From Rhizaria sp. SCN 62-66 (taxonomy: Eukaryota), in the NCBI GenBank assembly GCA_001724265.1, contig MEDY01000107.1:1-64000 (forward strand): DNA of 64,000 nucleotides. The letters are read 5' to 3'. Made by a program: the position numbers and the translations under genes. A model generated the notes under the pieces. It was not told where the DNA came from. It did no database searches and saw nothing but the letters and a program-made list of their open reading frames with translations. Position 1 is the stretch's first letter, and each line of letters starts with the position of its first letter. Below are positions 1 to 12,100 of the stretch, in pieces.

Positions 1-211
1 CGACTCCGAGGAGGAGATCAAGGAGGCCTTCAAGGTCTTCGACAAGGACGGCAACGGCTTCATCTCGGCCGCCGAGCTCTCCCACGTCATGACCCACCTT
101 GGCGAGACCCTGTCCGACGACGAGGTCGCCGAGATGATCCGCGAGGCCGACATCGACGGCGACGGCCAGATCAACTACGACGAGTTCGTCAAGATGATGA
201 TGTCCTCATAA
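1..211 (+). CDS. CaM: Calmodulin or calmodulin-like protein, 3' part (EF-hands 3 and 4); 5' end lies outside the window
   Basis: The frame from nt 2 reads [69 protein letters not shown], then TAA at 209-211. It has two canonical EF-hand loops and closely resembles the calmodulin C-lobe. Not in the ORF track because it has no start codon. Confidence 0.95.
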   Translation, partial: DSEEEIKEAFKVFDKDGNGFISAAELSHVMTHLGETLSDDEVAEMIREADIDGDGQINYDEFVKMMMSS

Positions 212-286
212 GCGCACCGGCACCTTTACTGCTGCGCTCCACGATGCGATGCGACGCCACACCACATCCCACTTGGCGCACTCCCC

Positions 287-305
287 TGCTTGCTTGCTTG
301 CTTGC
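287..305. repeat. (TGCT)n microsatellite in the calmodulin 3' region
   Basis: tgcttgcttgcttgcttgc seen directly. Confidence 0.8.
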
Positions 306-927
306 ACACTGCAGCACTTGCACACACGCGCGTGCACACTTGCTCGCATCTGACAACAACTCATCTTCCAATTTCCCAATCTCACACATTATTACGTAAC
401 TGCTTCAACAAAGCCAAGCCTAGTCTGATGATTTTTTTTCTCTCCGTGTCGTCTGCCCCGCATGCCGCGCACTCGACCCTGTGTGCGCTCTGTGTCGGCT
501 GACGCTCCCTCTCTAGTATGAATCCTAATCCCAACCCGCCGTCTTTCGCAACACGCACACACGCACACTGCGACTGCAAGTCTCTATCTGCTGTAGTGCG
601 TCTGCGTTGGGTGGCGCGGTGTGTTCTGCGCTGTATACACAAATTACATTTAGTTCCACTCAATTCCTATCCATGTTCCCTACACTTTCTTGAACTCTCG
701 ACTTGCTACCTCATTTGTTATGTCTATGAATCAGGTCTATAAATTACAAGTATGTATTTCTGTCTGTATTTCTGGTTGCCAGTGGCCAACACGACACAAA
801 TAATAATAAAACATAAGTACTGACATACAGAGAACGCTTTCATGTTGCCACAACACGAGCATTCTTCGACAGTTCAGTCTGGAACAAGATCTCAGTCAAA
901 AGTTTCTCATTCAATCGAGACACCTTC

Positions 928-2706
928 TCAGCCCAACTGAGCCTGAGCCTCGGCCTCCTCGGTCTCCTCGTTATCTGAGTTTTCGTTCTCCGAGTCAGAC
1001 TGCATGATGGCTTCAGCACCCCAGCCCCTGCGCTCGGCTTCGCGCCTGCGCTCACGGTCACCATATTCGTCCACAACATCATCATCCTCACCATCCTCAC
1101 CATCCTCATCATCCTCACCATTGTCACTGTCGTCAGCATTGCTAGACTTGTTAGTGTTAGAGTGCGTGTGGCGTGGGGGGAACTGGCCCGCCGCGACTCC
1201 CGGGTGCCACGAGCACCGCGCCCAGTCGTCCTGCCCGTCGCCCGCCTCCTCACTATGGAGGCCGGCGGCGCCAAGAGGCTGCGCGAGCGCCGGCGCCGTG
1301 GGGACGAACCACTGCCACCACAGCTCGCGGGGCCCCATGACTTCCTCGAAGCGGCTCAACATAAGCGGCGCGCCCGATGCCAGCGCTTCGACGAGCGACA
1401 CGCTCGCGCGCGCCGCCACCGCAGTCACGGCGCCGGACCCCGCCGCGGCCCCGGCGCCCGCGGAGGAGGCCGTGGCGGCCGCGGCGCCGATCCCGCCCAC
1501 GGGGCTGCGCACGCTGAGGAGCGAGGCGGGGGATTTACTATGGGGCGAGGCGGGGGAGCGCGGGGACAGGAGCCCCGCCGCGGCGGCCGGGTCGCGGGCG
1601 GCCAGCGCGGCGACGGCGGCGCGACCCGCGGGGGCCGGGGACTGGCCGTACGGCGCGAGGTACACCACGGAGCTGCCGGGGGCGACTGTGCCGAGGCGCT
1701 CGCCGAATTCGAGAGTGGTGACGCCCTGCGCGACGAGGTACAGGTGGAACGCGAGGAACCCGCCAAGCGCGAGCCCGACGGCGGCGCCGACAACGAAGAT
1801 CAGCAGCGTCGCGAGCATGCGCGGGGACGAACCCAGCCCGGCGACGGCGCCGCCGGTGGCCGCCGAGCCCAGCGCCTCGGCGCGCGCGGTCGCCGCGGGG
1901 GAAGCTAGGCCGCCGAGGAAGCCCGCGCGCAGGACCAGGTCGAACACGGTCAGCGAGGCCAACAATGTCGTGTAAAGCAGGAAGAGCAGGAAGTACTTGT
2001 GGTTCGCGGCGCCGACGGTGGCGTAGACGAAGATGCAGTGGTGGTCGAGGCGCCGCACAGTGCGCCCCGTGACGTGACACAGGTGGGCGCGGTCGGGCTT
2101 GAATACGCGCGTGCGCGCGCAGTAGCGGCGCGAGAGGTCGGGACGCCGCTCCCACGCGCGCTGTAGCGCGAACGCGGCCACGGGGACCGGCGGCGAGAGC
2201 GGCAGCAGCGAGTCCACGTCTTTCGAGCTTTTCTTGGAGGGGAAAGTGGAGGTACCGGTGCCCCAGACGCCGTGGCGGCGTGTCACGGAACCCGGGTCCT
2301 CGGCCGAAACGCGATAGAGCGTAACGAACAGCCCCACGGTCAGCGCCGCGATGGCCGGGAGCGTGAAGCGGTCCAGGAGTTCCGTGCGAACCCAGTCGCG
2401 CGGGTCGGTGAGGCGCAGCCAGTAGTACGCGGCCAGATACCCGACGATGATGCACAGGACGATGTAGAACGGGATGCGCGAGGGCGGGGCAAAGCGGCGC
2501 GAGAGGCGCGCGTCGAAGTTGTGGTCGTCGTCTTCGGACGCGGGCTCGGGCTCGGCCGCGACCGCGGGGCCGTGGTTGTGGTTGCAGCTGCCGCTGCTGC
2601 CACTGTGGCTGTGGCCGTGGCCGCCGCTGCCGCCGCCGCTTGAAGCGCTGCCGTGGGAGTCGGCGGCCGCGACAGAGGCCTTGGACTTCTGCTGGGGCTT
2701 GGTCAT
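928..2706 (-). CDS. DHHC-type protein S-acyl (palmitoyl) transferase, 592 aa
   Basis: Contains RYCARTRVFKPDRAHLCHVTGRTVRRLDHHCIFVYATVGAANHKYFLLFL, a DPG motif, a TTxE motif (VTTLEF) and four hydrophobic helices. I placed the start at ATG 2706 (MTKPQQK) where GC-rich coding composition begins; the track's extension to 3216 runs through AT-rich promoter DNA. Stop is TGA. Confidence 0.92.
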   Translation of the reverse strand: MTKPQQKSKASVAAADSHGSASSGGGSGGHGHSHSGSSGSCNHNHGPAVAAEPEPASEDDDHNFDARLSRRFAPPSRIPFYIVLCIIVGYLAAYYWLRLTDPRDWVRTELLDRFTLPAIAALTVGLFVTLYRVSAEDPGSVTRRHGVWGTGTSTFPSKKSSKDVDSLLPLSPPVPVAAFALQRAWERRPDLSRRYCARTRVFKPDRAHLCHVTGRTVRRLDHHCIFVYATVGAANHKYFLLFLLYTTLLASLTVFDLVLRAGFLGGLASPAATARAEALGSAATGGAVAGLGSSPRMLATLLIFVVGAAVGLALGGFLAFHLYLVAQGVTTLEFGERLGTVAPGSSVVYLAPYGQSPAPAGRAAVAALAARDPAAAAGLLSPRSPASPHSKSPASLLSVRSPVGGIGAAAATASSAGAGAAAGSGAVTAVAARASVSLVEALASGAPLMLSRFEEVMGPRELWWQWFVPTAPALAQPLGAAGLHSEEAGDGQDDWARCSWHPGVAAGQFPPRHTHSNTNKSSNADDSDNGEDDEDGEDGEDDDVVDEYGDRERRREAERRGWGAEAIMQSDSENENSDNEETEEAEAQAQLG

Positions 2707-3124
2707 CGCGCACACTGGCTGGTGTGGATCAGGACAGTCAGGGGCGGTTGGTAGAGCAGTGCGCGCAATGCGGAGAGTGACGAAGTAGGACTTCTTGGAC
2801 AGGGTGAAACAGAGATGGATTTGACAGTGAGATGTATGATTGAAGGGAAAATCAACAAGACTTAATACGGAAATCACACCAGAATATCTAAAACAAAGAC
2901 GAGATTTGCTGAAAAACGATCGAAACACAAGTTTCACGGTGATATTTTTGCGGGACGACGGGAAGGCTTCTCCGTTGGCGCTCGCGCTCGGGTTGGTGCT
3001 GATGGTGACACTTGAATTAGCTTTTTTTGAATGCTTCTGGTGGCATAACCCTTCCGTTACTAGTGGCTGAATTGAAAGTCCAGATAGAAATTTGAAGGTG
3101 GTACTTGGCCCCATAATTATTACC
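2707..3124. promoter_or_regulatory. Short AT-rich divergent (bidirectional) promoter region between the DHHC and calpain genes
   Basis: 418 bp of lower-GC sequence between two head-to-head start codons; inferred from layout. Confidence 0.55.
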
Positions 3125-6100
3125 ATGACAGGTACGACTGCGTACTTCCACGACGTAACAGAGGAGGGGGCTCCCTGGGCTCTGTGGGTGTCGACGCTGC
3201 TGCTCGGCATCCCCACCCTCCTCTACAGCATCATCATGATCTCCGTCGTGGCGGGACGCCTCCGCTTCTCAGGTTATCTCCGTGCCTGGATTCACGTTAA
3301 CCGCAAACGCTACTTCATTCACTTGGTACGTTCTACACGCTCCCGTTTCTTTCGTCACTCGTATCGTCCGAGTAACGCTTTGCTCACTCATCCAATCACC
3401 TTGTGTTTCCACCCATACCTAACTGTTCTTGTCTGCCCGTGCCACAATTTTTCTGCACCACCCCAGTCGCACATGTGGCGCATGGAGCGCTACTTCATCT
3501 GCGCGTTCTGCCTGTGCTTCGCCGCGCCGTTCGTGTCCCTCGCCGCCTGGGCCGCCGCGCTGGCTGCGGCATCGCTGCCGCAGTATGCGGCGGCCGTGGC
3601 GCTCGCCGTCGTCGGCGCGCTGCTGCTGTCGCTCGCTGCGGCCTGCTTTGTTGACAACGCCGCCGCGTGCACCGTCTTCGGCCGCGTCCTCGCCGCGCTC
3701 GGCGGCGTCTGTATCGTCGGCGTCTTCTGCTTCCTCGCCGCCACCACCGCGGGCGCGACGTTCTACGCGCGCTCTGTCTACTGCTACACGCTCTCGCTGC
3801 TCTGCACCTATCTCGCACTGCGCCTTGACCGCGTGCTGTCGCTGCCCTCGCCCGCGCCGTTCCTTGACGTCGACCTCTCCGCCGCCGAGGCCGAGCTCGA
3901 CCTGGCCGTCATCACCGCCTCGACCTACGCCGACCGCCACAGCGCCTACACCACGTTCAACGCGGCCACGGCGCGCCGCGTCGCCGCCGCGGCCGTGGAG
4001 CAGCAGGGCTTTGGCCGCTGGCGCGCGCTCGTGCTCTCGCTCGCGCTCTCGGTCGGCTCCGTCGCCGCGCTCGCAGGCGCCGTCGCCACCGTCACGCTCA
4101 CTCTGCACTCGCACTGGCGCCGCGCGCTGGCCGCCGCCGTGGTCATCGCCGCCTCGGACGCGCTGATCGCGTGGTACTCTCGCCGCCGCGCGCTCGCGCT
4201 GGCCACCGCGACCGCGCCGTCCCCGCCCAACGGACTCGCGCTGCTCGCTTGCCTCGCGCTGCCGCGCGTGCTGCTGCTGCTGCTCAAGGATTGGTTCACA
4301 GCGACGTCGATCACGTTTCTGCTGCTCGCGGTCGGTGTGCTCTACACTGACGCCGCGCTGCGCATCTACCCGCCCGCGGGCGCGGCCGCGGCCGCCGCGG
4401 CCGCCGTGGCCGCCGCCGGCGACGCCACCATGCTGCCTGGGCTCTCGGTAGCCGCGGTCAAATCGACCCCCGGAGCGACCGTGAGCGTGCTGGTCGCAGG
4501 GCCAGACCCGGCCGCCGTGGCTGCGGCCCGCGCGCACCGCCGCAGGCTCGCGGAGGCCGGTCTCGGCGACGGCAGCGGCAGCTCGACGTGCTCCGAGTCG
4601 GAGTCCGAGTCCGGCTCAGACTCTGACACGGCCGACGCCGCCGCTGACCACAACAACAGCAACAACAACAGCAACAACGGCAAAAACGGGGATACTGCTG
4701 CAACACGCGCCGTGTCTTTTGCTAACCTAGACAACAGTAGTCGAGGCAAGGGCGATTCGAGCGCGCTCGTTACTTCCACGGCAACTGACGCTGACTACGA
4801 CGATACCGCTGCTGCTGGCGAGGATTGCGACTGCGCCTGCCCTTGCCCCGCGTGCTCCGGCCTCGTCCCCGGCCAGCTTTACACCAGCGGCGCCGTGCCC
4901 GCCGTATCAGGCAGTGCCGCTACGGCCACGGCGGGCGCCGTCACGGCGGGCGGGCCGAACAGCCTTAGCCACAGCGGCCGCTGCGCCGGGTGCGTGCGCG
5001 CCTGCGGCTGCCAGCCGTGCCGCCGCGTCGCGCGCCGCCGCAACCTGCCCTCCGCGCCCGCCGTCGACGCGCTGGCGCCGCCGCCCGACTCGCTGCCGCC
5101 GGCCGACGCGGGCACCGCAGTCGGCGCCGTCTCGGCCGCTACGGCGCGGGGACGCGCGCGCGACCGCGAGCAGCGCGAGCAGCGTCTGCTGACAGGAGAC
5201 ATCGACGGTGACGCAGCCTATGCGCACGCGCGCGCACAGTCGCCCGCGTCCACGTTGCATTCACGGTCAGTCTCGCGCTCGGTCTCCCGCACTGCCGGCC
5301 CTGGCGCTGGGGGCCAGTCCTCGTCGTCTGCGGCGGCGGCGGCGCGCGGGCACCGGCGGTCGGGCTCGCTGTCCGCGGCACTGGCGCTGGGCGGCGGCGG
5401 CGGACTGGGCAGCGACATTGTCTTCAGCCGCGAGTCTGCGCTCACAGCGCTCGTCGCGGCCGCCGCGGCCAGCCACCCTGACGCCGTCACCACGCGCGCG
5501 CTCGCCGCTCTGGCCGCCGCAGCCGCGCGCGCGCCCAAGGGATCCTCCGCACCTGTGGGGCCGGTGACTGTGGTGTACCGCGACGAGCCGCCCGAGGTGG
5601 ACGTCGCCGACGTCAGCGCGATGCCGGCCAGCCAGTCGCTCGCCAGCACAAAGCACGGACTGCTGCTGCTCGCAGGCACGCCGCTAACGCCCGCAGCGCC
5701 CACCGCGCCTGCGGGCGGCGCGCGCCCCGCCGCGCCCGGCGCCGCCGCGCCTGCGTACGACACGTTTCCGCCGTCGTCGTGCGCGGTCTACGGCACTGCG
5801 GTGACGGGCGTGGAGGCGACCACGGCGCGCGCGCTCGCGGGCGTCGCGGACCGCGGTGCGCAGCCGCTTGGTGTGACCACGTTCCTCGCCACCGATGGCG
5901 GCGGCGGCGGCATGGGGGCCGGCGCGGCGGGCGCGGGCGGCGGCGGCGACACCGAGGCCGGATCGCGCGCGGGCTACGGTATGATTGACGCGACCGGTAT
6001 GAGCTGCGCGCCGGTCAACCCAAACGCCGGCGTGCGCGCGGGGCTCGGCGCCTCTAGCAACACCGGCGGTGCCGGTAACGGCGAGGCTGCTGCGGACGCC

Positions 6101-9100
6101 GAGGCCGGCGGGTCCAAGGTGAATAAGCGACGCCGTCGCGGCGGCGGCAGAGGGCGGCGCAACCGCGACCGCGGCGGCGGCGGCGGCGGTGGCGATAACA
6201 CCGGTGACGACGACGACGACGACGACAGCGACGGCGACAGTGCCGCCGCGACGGGCACCGCCACGGGCGGCTCGGGCGGCGGCGGCAGCGGCGCGGACCT
6301 CAGCTCCGTGATGGGCTCCGTCGGCTTGGTCGGCGCGCTGATGGGCGACGCGCTCATGTCGTCCGCGCCGTCCGACGCCGGGACCGCGCTGCAGCCGCGC
6401 TTCGGCCGCTACTCCTCCGCCTCAGAGGCATGGTTCGCGGACCTCATCACTAACGGCATTGGCGGCGCGCTGCGCGGACCCCGCGCGGCCCCGGCCTCAG
6501 CGCGGCTCGGCGCCGCCACCGCGGGCGGGGCCGGCCGCCGCCACCGCCGTCGCCGCGGCCGACACGCGCCGCGGCCGTCGCGGATTTGCAGCGCGCCGCG
6601 CACCTGCGCTGGCGGACGTGTTAGCGCACGTGGTGACTGTGAGCCCCGCCGACGCGACAGGCGGCGCGGTCACAGCGTCGTACAGTGCGCGCTCCACGGC
6701 CGCCGCGGCCACGGCGTCCGCGCTCGCTGAGCTGGCCGCCGCGGACGCCGCCAACGCCGCTGCCAAGCAACAACAACAGCAGCAGCAGCAGCTGCAGCAG
6801 CAACGTCAGAGCTTGTTCGGGGCGCTCGGCGCTCCTGGTCTGTCCGCGCAGTCCCCTGCAGCCGCTCCCAGTGCCAACACCAATTCCGCGGGCTCCCCAG
6901 CAACAGACGGCGGCAAGTGGTGTTTGGGCGCTGCTGCCTCCGCGCCGCAGCTCACCGTGGCCGACACACTTGCGCTCGCGCTGGGATGGTCGCCGCGCGA
7001 ACGCGTCGTCGTGTCCCAGCGCTCTTTCGACGTCCGCGCACACGCCCCCACGGGCGCCGCGGCCGCCGCGGCGCGCGCCGCTGCGGCCGCTGCCGCGGGC
7101 GCTGGCTCCGCGTTCGCCGGCTACGAGGCCTTTAGCCCGGCCACGGCCGAGGCCGCCGCAGACGCCGAGCGCGCGGGCACGTTGCTGACGATGGCCGCGG
7201 CGTGGGACGAGGACGCCACGCTCTTCCAGCGGATCGGACCTGAGGCCGCGGCCGCCGCGGCCGCTAAGGAGCGCGCCGACGCCCTTGTCGCGGCTGGCCC
7301 CGGCGGCGCGGCCGGCAAGAAGGCGCTGTCGCGCTTCCGTAGTGCGGGCGCGGGCGAGTCCGCGTCCGGCGGCGGCGCGCGCGGGGCCGACACGGTGCTG
7401 CCGCTGGGGACGGTGCGCCTGGCTGTGGCGGCCACGGTCACGTTCGCAGCCGCGATCCTGTTCTACGCCGCGGCCGCGCTCGTGCGGCACCGCATCGGGC
7501 TCGGCGCGCCCGACGACAGCAGCAGCAACAGCAGCAGTGCGAGTACTACGGAGAATAGCTACGCAGGTACATGGGCTTGGTGGGTGATGCATTCGCTTGT
7601 CTCTCATTTCGCGCCCACACAGTCGATCCTTGTCGACATCTCCCCTGCTGCCTCGCCGCCGCCGACGCCGCCTCAGGCCGTGATGGTGCTCATCGTGGCC
7701 GTGCTCTTCGTTTTTTTCCTCCGTAGCCTCGCCATCGCGCGCCAGTACCACTTCCTGCCCGCGCCCGCTGCCTCGCGCGCGCTCTGGCTTGGCGCGCTGC
7801 CCGCGTCACTCGCACTGGCGATGCTGCTCTGGCTGCTCTACGCGCGCCCACTTGCCGCTGTCATGACGCTGCTGCTGCCGACGTGGTTGCTGCTTACTGT
7901 GCGCACCATCGCGCGCTTTGGCACGCTCTCGGTGCTCCGCGCGCGAGTCAAGGCCGCGGCGCGCGCGCGCATCTCGATGCAGTCCTCCAGCTCGCACGGC
8001 GGCGACGGCAGCAAGGCGGGCGCAGCGGCCGCGGCGGGCTCGGCGATGGGCGTCGGGAGCGTGCCGTATGGGTTCATCACGCTCTCGTGCCTCTGCGGCT
8101 GCCGACGCTCGCGCGCGCGCAAACGCGCCCAGGCCGCCGCGGCCGCCAACGCCGCGGCCAGCGACGAGGCCGAGTCCGGGTGGATCCCGGGCCAGCGCAC
8201 CGTGGTCGAGATCTCCACGCTGACCACCGCGCTTACGGCGGACTCGACGGGCGTGCTGCTCACCGCGGGCGGCGGCGCGCTGAGCGCGGGGCAGGCCAAC
8301 GTGCGCGTGACGGCCGTCAAGATCACGCCCCCGCGCACAGTCAACAGCGCGCACTTGGCGGCGATGACCGCGGCCGCGCTCACGGCGGCGAACCGCCAGC
8401 AGCGGCAGCAACTGCAGCAGCAACAGCTACAGACCTGGGACCGCTCGCTCGCCGGGCCCGCCGCGGCGCAGCGCGCGTTGTCGAGCCCCGGCGGCGACGA
8501 GGCGACGCCCGAGTCCACGGCGGCCGCGCTCGCGGGCACGGCTGCCGCGCCGCAGGGCCTGTGGGTGGGTCGTCTGGTCCCCACCGCGACCGCAGCCCAG
8601 GTGCGCAGCGGGGTCGTGTTGCGCGAGCGGTCCGCCGCGACGGGCGCGCGGTGCGTGGGCACGGCCACAGTCACCACGGGCGTGCACAAGATCACCGTCG
8701 CGTCACCCACGCCGCCGTACCTGCACCCGCTGGAGCGCGCCGCGGTCGTGTCGGCGCTGCAGCTGACGCTGCTCACGGTCGTGCTCTTCCCCGTGCTGCT
8801 CTACCTGGCGACGGACCCCGCGGCGGACGTGCTGTCGTGGGGGCTGCCCGCGGGCACGACGCTCCTGAGCACGCAGCGCGGCGTGCTGATCGACTTGCTG
8901 TGCTCGCGCGCCATCTCGATCTTCTTTCCATTTGCGCTCATCGCGATCTTTCTCATCGTGCTCGCGTTCTACCGCTACCTCTCAGGCCGCGGGCACTCGA
9001 CCGCAGCGGCCGCAACACACGACGCGCGTGCAGCTGCCGACTCTGCCGGCGCGACCGGAGGCTCTTCGACAGGTGCGGGTTATGGTGCAGCTGTCGCGAC

Positions 9101-12100
9101 GTCTGCCAGTGCGTCGACCACCGCGGCGTCACAGCTTGCGGCGAACTCGGCCGGCATGCGTGCAGCGAAACGGTCCATCTTCGCATTAGTCCTGCTGCTG
9201 CAGATTGCTGCCCTGTTCGCGGCGGCTGCCATGCTTGCTGCGATCGTGGGCACCAACGGCTTCAACGGCTGGACGCTGGAGGGCACGAACGCGGACCCCT
9301 ACGCGGGGCCGTTCGCCGCGCCGGACTGGGGCTGGCACTGGCTTTTGTGGCCGTGGCGCCTTGTCGGGCTTGACGTCTTTGACGCAAAGACCACCGTCGG
9401 CAAGACATCACTGTCACTCATGTCCTTGCTCAGTCTTAATGACAGCTTAAACGATTATGCACTTTATGCGGACGTTGCCACTGCTGCCATCGATGCGGTT
9501 TCGAGTACCCAATCGCTGGAGACTATTGTTGCACCTTTAGCTTCAACGACGCTGAGTTCTGTGAACACCAAGGTTGTTTGGCTCTCATTCCCACTTGCAG
9601 CGCCGCTTTTGCCGCTGACAACGCTGCTGCGCCCGACACCGCGGCTGCTGCTCATCACGCTGACATTCTCCCTGCTGCCTGTTGCAGTCGTGCTGTTTCT
9701 CTTCGCATGGATGGAGGCCACTGCGCCAGAGAACGCCGCTACGCCCGCCGGTAAGGGCCGCAGCTCGGCTAACACCACCACTGGCGCGATTGCCGCGGGC
9801 GTGGGATTGGGCGGCGGCTCCGGCGGCGGCGCGGCGGGCTCTCGCTGGCATCCCCCGTCGCTGTGGACGACTGCGGTCGCGTTCCTGACCGTGACACTGC
9901 TGATGCTCGCAGTGACTGCGGTGCCGCAGCTCAACCCGCCGATTCCGTTGCTGCTGCTCGTGCTCGCCGCCGTCGCGGTGCCTGTGCTGTCGGCGGCGGC
10001 GCAGCCCATCGCGCTGGCGCTCGGCCACGGCTGCGTGCGGCCGTCGCGCGTCGCTATTGGCCTCGCCATTGTAATGCTTTCCGGCGCGGCTGCGGGTCTC
10101 GTCGCCTGGGCCGTGCTCGACATTGTGCTGGCCGGCGCGCTGATTGCGTTCGAGCTTTGCAGCATCGCGGTGCTGTGCGCCGTGCTTGCCATCGCGCTTG
10201 GTCGCACGCTCACTATGCTGCCCACGGCCGCGGTCGCCTCGGGTGGCAGCGATGACACGGCTGCCGCTGAGCAGCAACTCGCGCGCGCCAACGCTAAGGC
10301 CACGGCTGCTGCAGCTAATGCAGCCGCTGCGTCTTCGAGCTCGTCGGCGTCTGCCTCCGCTGTGCAGTCATCGCGCGTCGGGTCCGCAGGCGAGCACGCT
10401 GGCGCAGAGTCGCCGTTCGCAGCAGTCACCACAACAACCACCGCGGTTGCGACGAACGCTCGCTCTACCGCTCGCGCTGACGCCAGCTCCGGTGGGAGTG
10501 AGACGGCGGTCTCCGCCGTTGCTGCGCCCAAGGCGGCATCGGTTTTCAACGAGCTCTTCTACTTTGGACACCTCTTCTTTCCAGTGTTCCGTGCTTTCCC
10601 ACTTACAACCACCGCGTCGTCCGCGGGCGCGGCGTCGGCACACGATCTACGCGTGAGCTCAGGGCTATTCGTGCCGTTCTTCGTCTTTGTTGGACTGCTG
10701 CTGCTGTGGAGCGTGGTCGCGGCTGTGTTGGGTGTGCCTCGCTCTGCGCTCTCCGTCGCGTCAATCGCGCACATCCTCGCTGTCACTGTCTGCATGGAGG
10801 CCTCCGCGCGGTCCCGTGAGGCATTTGCTTCGCTTGTCCCGCGCCTGTCTCCGCTCACTGTGCGTCTCGCACGTGAAGGCACTCTTGCCGTTGTCGCCAG
10901 TCGCCACGCGCTCGTTGAGGCCCGCCGCACGCTTGCAGCACAGCGCACTGACGCACGCACGCGCGCCGAGGCGCTTTCCGAGGTCCAGCGCGTGTCCGCG
11001 CTCGCTACGCCTCATATGCGCCGTCTTACGGTTGAAGCAGCGCTGCAACGCAGTGCTGCCGCTGCCGAGGCCAAGCCAGCGGCCGCGACGAGCGACGCTC
11101 GAGTGGTGCCTTTGGGCGCGTCTATGACTGTGGTTTCTGATGAGAAGCGCGTTGTCCCCGCACAGCTCCCGTTGCAGCGGCTCGAGCGGCTTGCGCGCGA
11201 ACAGAAGAAGGAGCTCCGCGCATTGCAACAACAGGCGCCCGTTTCTATCGCCGGACTGCCGCACTCGCTCAAGGACGAGCTTATGGCAGTGCGTGTACGT
11301 AACCGTGCTGTGCGCGCGGCCACCATTACACTGCAGGGCGCGTTTGCAGCGCGCCGTGCACACTTGCAGCGTCACCCGCGCGCTGCTAAACTCGGCTCTG
11401 CGGCAGCGCGTGCTGTTGGCGTCCCGCGCGCTAAGGGCGTTGCCGCGGCGTCTCTGTCGTGGGCTGGGCGCGCGCTTTCACTGCTCTACGCGTCTCTACC
11501 TGCCGCTGTGGACCAAGCTCACTCTCTGCGGTTGCTTCGCTCGCGTGCAGTCGCGCAATTTGTGTTTGCGGTCGGTCATGTGACGGCATCGCGTGCCGTG
11601 TTTGACCGGCGCAACTACGTGCTCTTCACGCGGTGGCTGCGCTCTGCGCGCTTCACCGTGCTTCCCCGCGCTGCGCCAAACGAAGAGTTGCTGGCTGCGC
11701 TGTCGGTAGACGAGGCCGCACAGGCCCGCCGCTGGCTGCGCGCGTGGTGGCAGCGGGCCGAGGCCCGGTCTGACGACGTCCTTGAGGAGCGCTACATCGC
11801 GACAGTGCGCGACGACCGCGTGCGCGCCGGTGCTGCCGCAGCCGTTGGTTTTGCTGACGAAATTACGGAGCGCGATGTCGCTGCCGTTGCTGCGGGCGGG
11901 GAAACCGCACCTGATGCACTCGACATGCTTGCTTCCGTTCCACCGGGCGCTGTGGCTGGGAGCGCGTGCACGCAGGCGGTCGCCACGGCTGTGAAGCGCC
12001 AGCTAGCCGCCGCTGTGGCCGTGCACGGCGACTTCTCGCTTGGCGCGGACCTGGACCTCGATCCTGTGAGTGCCCGCGCTGCTATTGCTGGCGACGACGG

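Noticed and set aside
2707-3216. Track N-terminal extensions (DHHC to 3216; likewise AP3D1 to 53982 and AFI1 from 58452)
   Set aside because: They run through lower-GC promoter/UTR sequence or the neighbouring gene, some from non-ATG starts. Downstream ATGs fit composition and homology better.
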